Notes: a model not told the origin generated them from the sequence alone. A stretch of 25,186 nt of DNA from Nostoc sp. (GCA_036918135.1 JBALDB010000040.1:1-25186); one strand, 5' to 3'; shown: positions 1-7,980, counted from the stretch's first letter. A program made the numbers and translations.

Positions 1-80
1 CGGTTGTTCGTGCTGGTTATCCAGCTTGCGAACCGCTCCCATACGTTGGCGCTACGAGCGCGTTGAATGGTTGCTGTCAT
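1..80 (-). CDS. psbA: Photosystem II D1 protein, 5' end only (runs off the left edge)
   Basis: Reverse translation from ATG at 80 gives [27 protein letters not shown], matching the D1 N-terminus (W-x-x-F-x-x-W-I-T-S-T-x-N-R). Not in the ORF track because it is truncated. Confidence 0.95.
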   Translation of the reverse strand, partial: [26 protein letters not shown]

Positions 81-281
81 TGTTTTATAAGTGCGGTTTG
101 ACTTGTTTATGAATTAGACGGTTTGTTTGCGTCTGTAATATTACTTTACAATCCTTTACCCAATTTAATCAAGTATTGTTAAGATAGTAAAACTTATCAC
201 TAGTATGAGTTTTTCTTATTTAAAGACTAGGAGGTGCGATCGCACAGTCCCGCTATATGAATTGAGATGCAGAGAATTTTG

Positions 282-317
282 ACAAAAAGCCCAGTCTCTC
301 AGTTAACTAGGCTTTGT
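282..317 (-). terminator. Probable intrinsic terminator of hspA
   Basis: Minus strand AAGCCTAGT-loop-ACTGGGCTT followed by a T run, about 65 nt after the hspA stop. Confidence 0.6.
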
Positions 318-380
318 AACTATCTCAATTAATCATTGGAGGTAGAGTAGTGCGATCGCTAGCAATTAAACAAACGCCGA

Positions 381-818
381 TTATAGATTAACCTTGACAA
401 CTTTGTTCTTTTCTTGCTCAGTTTTAGGTAGTGTCAGATGCAAGATACCATCTTTATAATCTGCGGTGACATTGGTGTTTTGAATCCGAGCGGATAAAGG
501 AATTACACGTTGGAACTTACCGTAGTAAAATTCTGTCTTGGTAGTATCTTTTTCTTCGGTTTTAGTTTCAGACTTGCGCTGACCGCTAATCTGAACAGCA
601 TCTTCGGTGACTTGAATATCTAAGTCTTTAGCGTCGATTCCTGGCAGTTCTAACTTCAAATGAATAGCATCATCAGTTTCTTGTAGTTCAGCAGCCGGAA
701 CTTTGATAAAATCTCTATTAAACACTCCAGATGGTACTCTGGTGTCTTCAAATAAATTATCAAGTTAACGTTGTAGAGTGTCGATTTCTCTCCAAGGATT
801 CCAACGAACTAGTGCCAT
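381..818 (-). pseudogene. hspA: Small heat-shock protein HspA (Hsp20/alpha-crystallin) with a premature stop at codon 18
   Basis: ATG at 818 after AAGGAAGAG reads MALVRWNPWREIDTLQR*LDNLFEDTRVPSGVFNRDF..., in frame with ORF 381..725 (ELPG, YGKFQRVIPL, ADYKDGILHLTLPK, VKV tail). The TAA is at 767-765. The repaired product would be 145 aa. Confidence 0.85.
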
Positions 819-980
819 AACTCTTCCTTGCTTTAATTAGTTTTACTCTTTGTTTTCTGCTTACTTTCAATATTAGGCATGGTTATAACTGCTGGAAATT
901 CGGTTATTATCACCAATAAAATCATGATTACCGACCAAATTGAGAGATAAGAATAAATTTCGGCTTCCTCTACTTTTTAT

Positions 981-996
981 ATTCGGTAAACCGAAA
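981..996. promoter_or_regulatory. K-box-like palindrome upstream of hspA
   Basis: TTCGG-TAAA-CCGAA at 982-995 resembles the cyanobacterial chaperone K-box (GTTCGG-NNAN-CCNNAC). Further TCGG half-sites lie near 899, 931 (minus strand) and 959. Confidence 0.5.
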
Positions 997-1022
997 AATA
1001 GCAATTTTAAATGATTCGTAAA

Positions 1023-1169
1023 TAGACTTCTTGCATGAATCAAGATCCCTCACCCTAAATCCCTCTCCCAAGTTTGAGAGAGGGACTTTGAAGTTTACTC
1101 CCCGAATGGCAATATTGGGAGAAGGGGTTGGGGATTGAGGGTAGTTTTTGTATTTCTGCAAGAGGTCTA
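1023..1169. mobile_element. MITE-like inverted-repeat element
   Basis: Terminal IR TAGACTTCTTGCA (1023-1035) / TGCAAGAGGTCTA (1157-1169), 12/13 match. Internal imperfect IR CCCTCACCC...CTCCCAA / TTGGGAGA...TGAGGG. AAT flanks AGAC...GTCT on both sides. Confidence 0.75.
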
Positions 1170-1339
1170 ATAATTAGATATTCAACTTTTAAAAAAAGGT
1201 TGAGTATCTAAGCCTTTTAATTTTTATAAATCAAATAGGATTCCTATATATCCATGAAAATTCAAAAAGCTTCAGGGGGCAGGAGATACGAAGCAAGAGG
1301 AACTCACGTTTTAAAATATAGGATTAATGCAAGGACGCT

Positions 1340-1380
1340 TTGTATCTCGCGCACTTTCCGCGAGATACAATTCTTCTTTT
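1340..1380. terminator. Perfect 12-bp hairpin, terminator-like
   Basis: TTGTATCTCGCG-CACTTTC-CGCGAGATACAA (1340-1370) followed by TTCTTCTTTT on the plus strand; lies downstream of cheB. Confidence 0.5.
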
Positions 1381-1455
1381 AAACTGGGCAATAACCCAGA
1401 ACTAAAGTTTTAATTAATACTTCTTTCCTCCTGCCTTCCTTTGTGAAAGCACTGC

Positions 1456-2079
1456 TTATGCTGCTGATTCCCTCATTACCAAGCAGATGAGGGTAGAGAC
1501 GATCGCCTCTAGAGGAAGAACGAAATCTACTTTCCCAGTGTCAATAGCTGCTTTAGGCATACTGAAGTTTTCCGAAGTAGCTTCATCTTGAGCGATCGTT
1601 GTACCACCATACTTTTTGATTGCCATTATTCCTAAAGCACCATCTCTGCCCATTCCACTCAGGACAACAGCGATCGCTCGCAATCCATAATTAAGTCCTA
1701 CCGACATAAATAGCTTATCAACTGAAGGCCGGACAAAATTCATCTTTCGCTGCTCTAACAAACACAGCCTACCGTTAGCATCAACTACTAGGTGTCGGTC
1801 TGGCACATAAGTGTAAACCGTCCCTGGACGTAATATATCCTCTGATTTTGCCTGTTGAACCCGCAGGGCTGTATGGTGGCTCAAAATCTCTGCTAGACGA
1901 CTGCTATAGAGAGGATTCGTATGCTGGACTACAACAATCGCAGCAGGAAAATCATCTGGTAAACTAGACAAAATTTGGATAATTGCCTTTTGCCCGCCCG
2001 CAGAAGCTCCTATTGCCACTATGTTATAAGCAACGTCAGGGAAGTGTGATAGAATTCGATGTGGTTGTTGTACCCTCAT
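1456..2079 (-). CDS. cheB: Stand-alone CheB methylesterase domain protein (no receiver domain)
   Basis: IGASAGG (Ser), VVQH (His), RPSVD and LSGMGRDGA (Asp) motifs, plus TIAQDEATS..MP..AI. Confidence 0.92.
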   Translation of the reverse strand: MRVQQPHRILSHFPDVAYNIVAIGASAGGQKAIIQILSSLPDDFPAAIVVVQHTNPLYSSRLAEILSHHTALRVQQAKSEDILRPGTVYTYVPDRHLVVDANGRLCLLEQRKMNFVRPSVDKLFMSVGLNYGLRAIAVVLSGMGRDGALGIMAIKKYGGTTIAQDEATSENFSMPKAAIDTGKVDFVLPLEAIVSTLICLVMRESAA

Positions 2080-2118
2080 ATTTTAGTTTTTGTAAAGCTT
2101 CACGCGGTTGGAAGCGAT

Positions 2119-2246
2119 TAAGGATTTCCAGAAAATGAAATGCCCAGCCGTTTCAAGGATATTGTTGCCAAAAGTATCAGATTTTGCCGCTTTCGCCCGG
2201 AGGGCGAAAGCGACGGTTGGGCATTTTATTACTTGTAGATGCCTTA
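2119..2246. mobile_element. Degenerate MITE-like element with an internal perfect hairpin
   Basis: Imperfect terminal IR of about 33 nt, TAAGGATTTCCAGAAAATGAAATGCCCAGCCGT / ACGGTTGGGCATTTTATTACTTGTAGATGCCTTA. Internal 11-bp stem CGCTTTCGCCC-GGA-GGGCGAAAGCG at 2188-2212. Confidence 0.65.
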
Positions 2247-2288
2247 TTTAACAAACTTGTCACAGGCTGACAAATAGAACTGTTATCT

Positions 2289-2425
2289 TAAGGCGATCTA
2301 CAACTTATTCTTGAAACTCGGCTTCTATTCTTCTCCACGAGCGAAGAGGCTTTGACTCTTGCTTCCTTTCCCTAGTAGGAAACGGATTGGAGATCGGGTT
2401 TAACAGAAAGTTGCAGGCGGCCTTA
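2289..2425. mobile_element. Degenerate MITE-like element
   Basis: Terminal IR TAAGGCGATCTACAACT / AGTTGCAGGCGGCCTTA (13/17 match). The interior has decayed purine/pyrimidine hairpins (TTTCCCTAGTAGGAAA) like those of Nostoc intergenic repeats. Confidence 0.55.
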
Positions 2426-2475
2426 TGTTAACTATTTAACATGTTTTTATCTTGATATGTTAGCTACCTAACATA
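2426..2475. promoter_or_regulatory. Two TGTTA-N6-TAACA palindromes, candidate Crp-family operators
   Basis: TGTTA-ACTATT-TAACA (2426-2441) and TGTTA-GCTACC-TAACA (2458-2473), 32 bp apart, with the same geometry as the CRP site TGTGA-N6-TCACA. Confidence 0.55.
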
Positions 2476-2594
2476 AAGTATTAATAAGTAATACATCCTT
2501 TGTTAGAGGTTTTTGACTGCTGCGAGTTATTTAATACAGATAAGACTGGCTTAAACAGACTCTTGTTATCTCGACTTCGATTACTCCTTACTCT

Positions 2595-3290
2595 GTGGAA
2601 AACCAACTTTTAGCTTCTCTACCCTCTGAGGAATACTCTCGAATCGTTAGTTATATGGAGAGCGTCCCTCTAGAGTTTAAGCAAACCCTTTACGAGCGTA
2701 ACCAACCAATTGAGTACGTCTATTTTCTCACGCATGGCGTAGCCTCTCTGCTCACCGTTATGGCAGACGGTACGGCAGTGGAAGTGGCTACGGTGGGCAA
2801 TGAGGGAATGGTAGGTCTTCCAGTACTTCTAGGAGCTGATAGAATTCCGGGCGAGTGTTTTACGCAAGTCCCTGGCTATGCCTTGAGGATGAGAGCAGAT
2901 GCATTTAAAACTTATGTCACCCCAGGTAGCCAGTTGTACAACTTGCTGCAACGATATACGCAAGCGCTGTTTAACGATATTGCTCAATCAACAGCTTGCA
3001 ATCGCCTACACTCTATAGAACAGCGATTCTGCCGTTGGCTGCTGACGACTACTGACCGAGTAGGGGAAAGCACTTTTCCACTCACCCAAGAATTTCTCGC
3101 ACAAATGCTGGGTGTGAACCGCTCTAGTGTCAGTGTTACTGCCTCCCTTTTTCAGAGGGCAGGGCTGATTCAGTATGTTCGGGGTCAAATGACTGTCCTA
3201 GACCGCTCAGGTTTGGAAGCTACAGCTTGCGAGTGTTATCGAATTGTCCAAGGAGAGTTTGAGCGTTTACTCAACGGCAATCGTAATTAA
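2595..3290 (+). CDS. Crp/Fnr family transcriptional regulator
   Basis: N-terminal cNMP-binding-like barrel (YVYFLTHGVAS, VGNEGMVG), CNRLHSIEQRFCRWLL, and C-terminal HTH LTQEFLAQMLGVNRSSVS. The GTG start is uncertain. Confidence 0.92.
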   Translation: MENQLLASLPSEEYSRIVSYMESVPLEFKQTLYERNQPIEYVYFLTHGVASLLTVMADGTAVEVATVGNEGMVGLPVLLGADRIPGECFTQVPGYALRMRADAFKTYVTPGSQLYNLLQRYTQALFNDIAQSTACNRLHSIEQRFCRWLLTTTDRVGESTFPLTQEFLAQMLGVNRSSVSVTASLFQRAGLIQYVRGQMTVLDRSGLEATACECYRIVQGEFERLLNGNRN

Positions 3291-3502
3291 CGATCGCGCT
3301 TAATACAAATTATTAATATCTTGAGTGCGTTGGCGAAGCCTTACCGAAGCCATAGTTCTGTGAATCTATGGCTGGTCTTACCTTTGAGCGATAAATTTCA
3401 ATGGCGATCGGATTCACATTGCTGCGCTTTATTATGTCTAAGATATTAGGTTATCTTTAGCTACGTATTATCTCAGGAATATTTAGGATTGCTATATCTC
3501 AA

Positions 3503-4111
3503 TCAACCAATAGGACGATTGCCAGGATTGACTGCATGAATATATTCACTACCCGATCGCGGTCTTCCTCGTTTATAATAAGCTTCTTCTGGCTTACCCC
3601 ATCCTAACTGCAAAATTATTTCCAAAAAGCTAGAATTTTCCCACTTCCATAAACTTGCCCATTCTGTTCTTTGAGCAATTCTCTCGACATCAGATGTGAC
3701 AATCTGTTGGTATTGCTTACTATTATTGAAACTCAAATACAAGTCCATCCCCATAGTGACTTCATACCAAAATTCCAAAATAGAATTTTTAGCGGCTTTT
3801 AAAATTTCTAAGTCACTGGTAAGCGCTATTAATTCGGTATCTACTTCTGGATAAGACAAGTTTTTGCCTTTGAGTGTCACCTCTCGCCAGATAATACCTG
3901 AAACTTGATTTTTTCTTTGGTAATCGTGAATTGCAGCTTTAAAATCTTGATAGGCTGTGAACTGTTGTAGCCCATCAGTTCTGATAAACTGGTCGATTAC
4001 AGGATTACCAGAAACTGTTAATTCTAATTTTAGGCGTTTTCCTTTGAGGCAAGCTTGGCGCTCGTCTGCCAAAATTTTGATTAGTTCTTGAGTGGTGTAA
4101 ACCTTTGACAT
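3503..4111 (-). CDS. Hypothetical protein, 202 aa
   Basis: Long ORF with an ATG start, protein-like composition and no overlap conflict. No family recognised. Confidence 0.8.
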   Translation of the reverse strand: MSKVYTTQELIKILADERQACLKGKRLKLELTVSGNPVIDQFIRTDGLQQFTAYQDFKAAIHDYQRKNQVSGIIWREVTLKGKNLSYPEVDTELIALTSDLEILKAAKNSILEFWYEVTMGMDLYLSFNNSKQYQQIVTSDVERIAQRTEWASLWKWENSSFLEIILQLGWGKPEEAYYKRGRPRSGSEYIHAVNPGNRPIG

Positions 4112-4130
4112 CAGAATACACTTTTGTTAG

Positions 4131-4200
4131 TCATTGGTTATTGGGCATGGGGCGTGGGTATTTGTTATTTGTTATTAGCTATGAACTATAGACTATGAAT
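4131..4200. repeat. STRR-type heptamer tract
   Basis: Degenerate 7-mers such as TCATTGG/TTATTGG/GCATGGG, TATTTGT x2 and CTATGAA/CTATAGA. Confidence 0.65.
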
Positions 4201-4381
4201 TAACTTTCTCAGTTGTTAATCTAGAATATTTGCATAAATAGCTGTCATCAACTGTGTAAACAAATAACCGATGAAAAATAGAATAGGTTAAGAATTTAGT
4301 TTGGAACATAAGTACCTTATGCTTTCTACCTTCTACTTATTATGCTTTAGCATCGAAAACAATGCAGTAACAGATAGCACT

Positions 4382-4412
4382 AAAAATTAGGGCAGACCAA
4401 TTTGGTCTACCC
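4382..4412 (-). terminator. Intrinsic terminator
   Basis: Minus strand GGGTAGACCAA-A-TTGGTCTGCCC followed by TAATTTTT, immediately after the stop at 4419. Confidence 0.7.
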
Positions 4413-4418
4413 AATAAG

Positions 4419-5006
4419 TTACTTAGCTAACTCACTACTGAACTCATTGAAAGCCCGCCGCTTTAGCTGTGCTGTTTCAGTGCGTGGTAATAAATTGAAT
4501 ATTTTGCGAAATTCATCGTCTATATTTTCAAAAGGTACTTGACCCTTTTTATTCAAAACTACCTGACCTGATTGATTAAAAACTAAAACTTGAGGAATAC
4601 TTCCAGAATAATAATATCCTGGTTCTGTGGACTCGTAAGACTGTTTGGGCGGGATAGTATCTACATTGATAGGGATAATCTCTGCTACCCGACCATATAA
4701 TTCCTGTACCCGTGAAATGGAAATGGCATATCTTTTAGAGTCGCTGCTGTCCTCGACATAAAACGCCAAAAATATGGGTTTATGTTCTGCTAAAGCCTGT
4801 GCCAGTGTCAGTCTAGAAGGAACCAATGAACCATTACCAGCATAAACCACAAAGATGTTGCCATCATATCTATCATCATTAAGACCAGCGTATGCAGGTT
4901 GGATACTTATAATCAACAGACAAACAACTACTAACACGCATTTGGACAGCAATCTGCGCCATTGAGTAAATTTTTTATGTAAAAAAAGAAACTTTATGCT
5001 ATTCAT
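4419..5006 (-). CDS. Thioredoxin-like fold protein with an N-terminal signal/TM segment and no CXXC (resembles the cyanobacterial thylakoid photosystem I accumulation factor family)
   Basis: Hydrophobic segment ending in AYA; DDRYDGNIFVVYAGNGSLVP; KPIFLAFYVEDSSDSK where CXXC would be; cis-Pro-type IPQVLVFN. ATG at 5006. Confidence 0.65.
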   Translation of the reverse strand: MNSIKFLFLHKKFTQWRRLLSKCVLVVVCLLIISIQPAYAGLNDDRYDGNIFVVYAGNGSLVPSRLTLAQALAEHKPIFLAFYVEDSSDSKRYAISISRVQELYGRVAEIIPINVDTIPPKQSYESTEPGYYYSGSIPQVLVFNQSGQVVLNKKGQVPFENIDDEFRKIFNLLPRTETAQLKRRAFNEFSSELAK

Positions 5007-5152
5007 CAAAATAAACCTTGCAAGCTACTAGTTGTCGTGAGTTGTGCTGAAATTGGCAAACTGGGCTGGATATATAATTATGCCCACGCACTATTTTTTA
5101 AGATAACGCCTACTGAGTATTATCTCTCGTAAGGGGGAGTGGTTGACTTGGC

Positions 5153-5196
5153 GGTAGTTGAGTTTCGACTTCGCTCAACTACCACGTAGTCTAAAC
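5153..5196. repeat. Short dispersed repeat nested, inverted, inside another copy of itself
   Basis: GGTAGTTGAG[TTTCGACTTCGCTCAACTACCA]CGTAGTCTAAAC. The rejoined flanks match the reverse complement of the insert at 20/22 positions. Confidence 0.6.
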
Positions 5197-5235
5197 TCAC
5201 CAACCAGGGGATGAGGGAGTATTAAGATTAATAGT

Positions 5236-5508
5236 TTGAACCCCTGAAGCTCAGCGTTGAACTTCTGAAGCTCAGCGTTGAACCTCTGAAGGTCAACTTT
5301 GAACCTCTGAAGCTCAACGTTAAACCTTTGAAGGTCAACTTTGAACTTCTGAAGGTCAACGTTGAACCTCTGAAGCTCAACTTTGAACTTCTGAAGCTCA
5401 GCTTTGAACTTCTGAAGCTCAGCTTTGAACCTCTGAAGGTCGGCGTTGAACCTCTGAAGGTCGGCGTTGAACCTCTGAAGGTCAGCGTTGAACTTCTGAG
5501 CTTTAAAG
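5236..5508. repeat. 21-nt tandem repeat array A (12 units plus 1 degenerate)
   Basis: Units start every 21 nt from 5236 to 5488; consensus TTGAACYTCTGAAGSTCARCK; no unique spacers. Confidence 0.95.
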
Positions 5509-5666
5509 TACTATCCTTAATGCCCCTTATCTCTTCATCTCTCCATCCTCCATCCTCTCATTCCCCTTTGAGGCTGGCTTTTTTAGCTAGGATTCGCTAA
5601 ACTCACAAAATTAAATTTGTAACTAAAAACTTTCAATTAACAACTGCTAGAAGACTAGGTACTAAT

Positions 5667-7004
5667 GTGGGAAACAAAATACAACTTATAGATAGAGTGC
5701 GACTGGGTTTGGCGGTGTCGGTAGCAAAAAGCGTTACATTTTTAGTGCGATCGCTGCGTCTCGGTGCTGCTAGTGTATTACCAGGCTCAATCGCTCGTCG
5801 CATTGAACCCCAACTTTTACAATTATTGAGTCAGCAAGTTAAAAAGGGAGTGATTTTAATTGCTGGTACTAACGGTAAAACTACTACATCGCTGCTTTTG
5901 AAAACGATACTAGAACGCAAAGGCTACTCTATCGCTCATAATTCTACAGGTGCAAATCTGGAAAATGGCTTAATGACAGCTTTATTAGAAAGCACCAATT
6001 TGGTAGGCACGCTAGATGTTGATTACGCCATCTTAGAAGTTGATGAAAATATTGTACCGAAAGTTTTAACTCCACTCCAGCCGCGAATTATCCTTTGTTT
6101 AAACTTGTTCCGCGACCAACTTGATAGGTACGGGGAAGTAGATACAATCAGTAAGCGTTGGACAAAGGTAATCTCTACCCTACCAGCAGAAACAGTGGTA
6201 ATTCCTAATGCTGACGACCCAACTTTATCTTACTTAGGTCAGCAGTTACCCCAACGGGTGTTATTCTTCGGCTTGAATGAACCAAAACATTATCTAGAAG
6301 CAATTCCTCACGCTGTTGATTCTATCTATTGTCCCAGATGTGGACATTCACTAGATTATAAAGGGGTTTACTTGTCGCATTTGGGAGATTTTACTTGTCC
6401 CAAGTGTGGTTTTAGCAAAAGTCAACCAAGTCTAGAAAGTAGTGAATGGTCGCAAATTCTGGTTGGTTTATATAACAAATACAATACTTTGGCAGCAGTA
6501 ACAGCGGCTAAAGAATTAGGAGTTGATGAAGCAACAATTAAAGATACTATTAACAACTTCCAAGCAGCTTTTGGTCGTGCTGAAGATTTAGTAATTAATG
6601 GTAAAAAAGTGCGAATTTTGTTATCCAAAAACCCTGTGGGTACAAACGAAACAATTCGCGTGGTGACTCAAAGCACGGATAAAACTACACTGCTAGTATT
6701 AAACGATCGCACCCCCGATGGCACTGATGTATCCTGGATTTGGGACGTGGATACGGAGAAATTAGTCGAACGAGGAGGAACTTTAGTAGTCAGTGGCGAT
6801 CGCGTTTATGATATGGCACTACGCCTGCGTTACAGCCAAAAATCTCCTGAGAGTACATTAAATTTAATTGTCAAAGAAGATTTGCGAGAGGCGATCGCTA
6901 CTGCCCTAGAGCATACACCAGAGAATGAAACTTTGCATATTCTCCCTACTTATTCAGCCATGCTAGAAGTGCGAGAAGTTCTCACTGGTCGGAAAATTCT
7001 TTAA
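5667..7004 (+). CDS. murT: MurT-like Mur ligase (lipid II isoglutaminyl synthase subunit, DUF1727 C-terminal domain)
   Basis: GTNGKTTT P-loop, GANL, LEVDE, NLFRDQLDRYGE, CPRC/CPKC zinc finger, KNPVG, NDRTPDGTDVSWIWD, PTYSAM. Confidence 0.9.
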   Translation: MGNKIQLIDRVRLGLAVSVAKSVTFLVRSLRLGAASVLPGSIARRIEPQLLQLLSQQVKKGVILIAGTNGKTTTSLLLKTILERKGYSIAHNSTGANLENGLMTALLESTNLVGTLDVDYAILEVDENIVPKVLTPLQPRIILCLNLFRDQLDRYGEVDTISKRWTKVISTLPAETVVIPNADDPTLSYLGQQLPQRVLFFGLNEPKHYLEAIPHAVDSIYCPRCGHSLDYKGVYLSHLGDFTCPKCGFSKSQPSLESSEWSQILVGLYNKYNTLAAVTAAKELGVDEATIKDTINNFQAAFGRAEDLVINGKKVRILLSKNPVGTNETIRVVTQSTDKTTLLVLNDRTPDGTDVSWIWDVDTEKLVERGGTLVVSGDRVYDMALRLRYSQKSPESTLNLIVKEDLREAIATALEHTPENETLHILPTYSAMLEVREVLTGRKIL

Positions 7005-7010
7005 TTTAGG

Positions 7011-7150
7011 GATTGGTCATTTGGCATTTGTCATTTGTCATTTGTCATTGGTTATTCTCCACGTCCCCGTGTCTCCCTCATCCCTGGTTGGTGGATTTCG
7101 ACTACGCTACCGGGAAGCCGAACCACATCTCCCCATGCCCCATTCCCCAT
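7011..7150. repeat. STRR heptamers and a degenerate short dispersed repeat in the murT-gatD spacer
   Basis: (TCATTTG)n at about 7017-7050; TTTCGACTACGCT at 7096, related to the 5163 insert; CCCCATG/CCCCATT x3 at 7131-7151. Confidence 0.7.
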
Positions 7151-7161
7151 TTTCCAAAATT

Positions 7162-7980
7162 ATGAGTTTCCAAGATTTAGAATTGACAATTGGTTGGCTG
7201 TATCCAACGCTGATGAGTACCTATGGCGATCGCGGTAATGTAATTACTATAGAACGTCGCGCACAATGGCGAGGATACAGTGTTAAAGTATTACCTTTGG
7301 ATCGAGATGCTACAGCAGCTGATATTAAATCTGTAGATGTGATAGTCGGTGGTGGCGCACAAGACCGCCAGCAAGAAATTGTCATGCGTGATTTGCAAGG
7401 CGCGAAGGCTGAGACCATGCGGGAGAAAATCGAAAATGGTACACCAGGGGTTTTTACTTGTGGTTCTCCCCAATTGTTGGGACACTATTACGAACCAGGC
7501 TTGGGACAACGTATTGAAGGTTTGGGAATACTCGATTTAGTTTCCGTACATCCTGGTGAAAATACTCAGCGCTGTATTGGTAATTTAGTAATTGAAGTCA
7601 CTGCTTCACGTCTGGCGCGGGATTTGCAAGAGATGACGGGTAGTACACCGTATTTGGTAGGCTTTGAAAATCATGGTGGACGTACCAAACTAGGGAAAGT
7701 AGAAGCTTTAGGGCGAGTGGTGTACGGGTTAGGCAATAATGGTGAAGATGGGACAGAGGGAGCGTTTTATCAAAATGCGATCGCTACCTATTCTCACGGC
7801 CCTTTGTTACCTAAAAATCCCTTTGTCGCTGATTGGTTAATTCAAACAGCCCTGCGGGTTAAGTATCAACAGCCAATTACCCTAGAACCATTAGATGATA
7901 ATCTTGCTGTTCAAGCACGCCAAGCAATGTTTCAACGATTGAAAGTTACTTTACCAACTCGTGCAACGACGCAAGTTTAA
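7162..7980 (+). CDS. gatD: GatD-like type 1 glutamine amidotransferase (CobQ/CobB-like)
   Basis: LYPTLMSTYGDRGN, GGGAQD, TCGSPQLLG (catalytic Cys), GFENHGG, TYSHGPLLPKNP. Directly follows murT. Start moved to ATG 7162 because the upstream extension is translated repeat DNA. Confidence 0.9.
   Translation: MSFQDLELTIGWLYPTLMSTYGDRGNVITIERRAQWRGYSVKVLPLDRDATAADIKSVDVIVGGGAQDRQQEIVMRDLQGAKAETMREKIENGTPGVFTCGSPQLLGHYYEPGLGQRIEGLGILDLVSVHPGENTQRCIGNLVIEVTASRLARDLQEMTGSTPYLVGFENHGGRTKLGKVEALGRVVYGLGNNGEDGTEGAFYQNAIATYSHGPLLPKNPFVADWLIQTALRVKYQQPITLEPLDDNLAVQARQAMFQRLKVTLPTRATTQV

Noticed and set aside
970..1161. 63-aa ORF
   Set aside because: It is mostly a translation of the MITE-like element.
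2568..2594. Possible lost start codon (in-frame ATC) upstream of the Crp gene
   Set aside because: It is plausible but cannot be supported without an ortholog alignment; GTG 2595 gives a complete domain.
3481..3497. Solo MITE-like end ATTTAGGATTGCTATA, similar to AAATAGGATTCCTATA near 1233
   Set aside because: No partner inverted end was found, and the match is too short to define an element.
5236..5508. CRISPR array interpretation of the 21-nt arrays (also 11419-11691)
   Set aside because: The units are contiguous with no unique spacers, and there are no cas genes in the window.
7021..7161. N-terminal extension of GatD in the ORF track
   Set aside because: It is translated STRR and short-repeat DNA; the family motif starts after ATG 7162.
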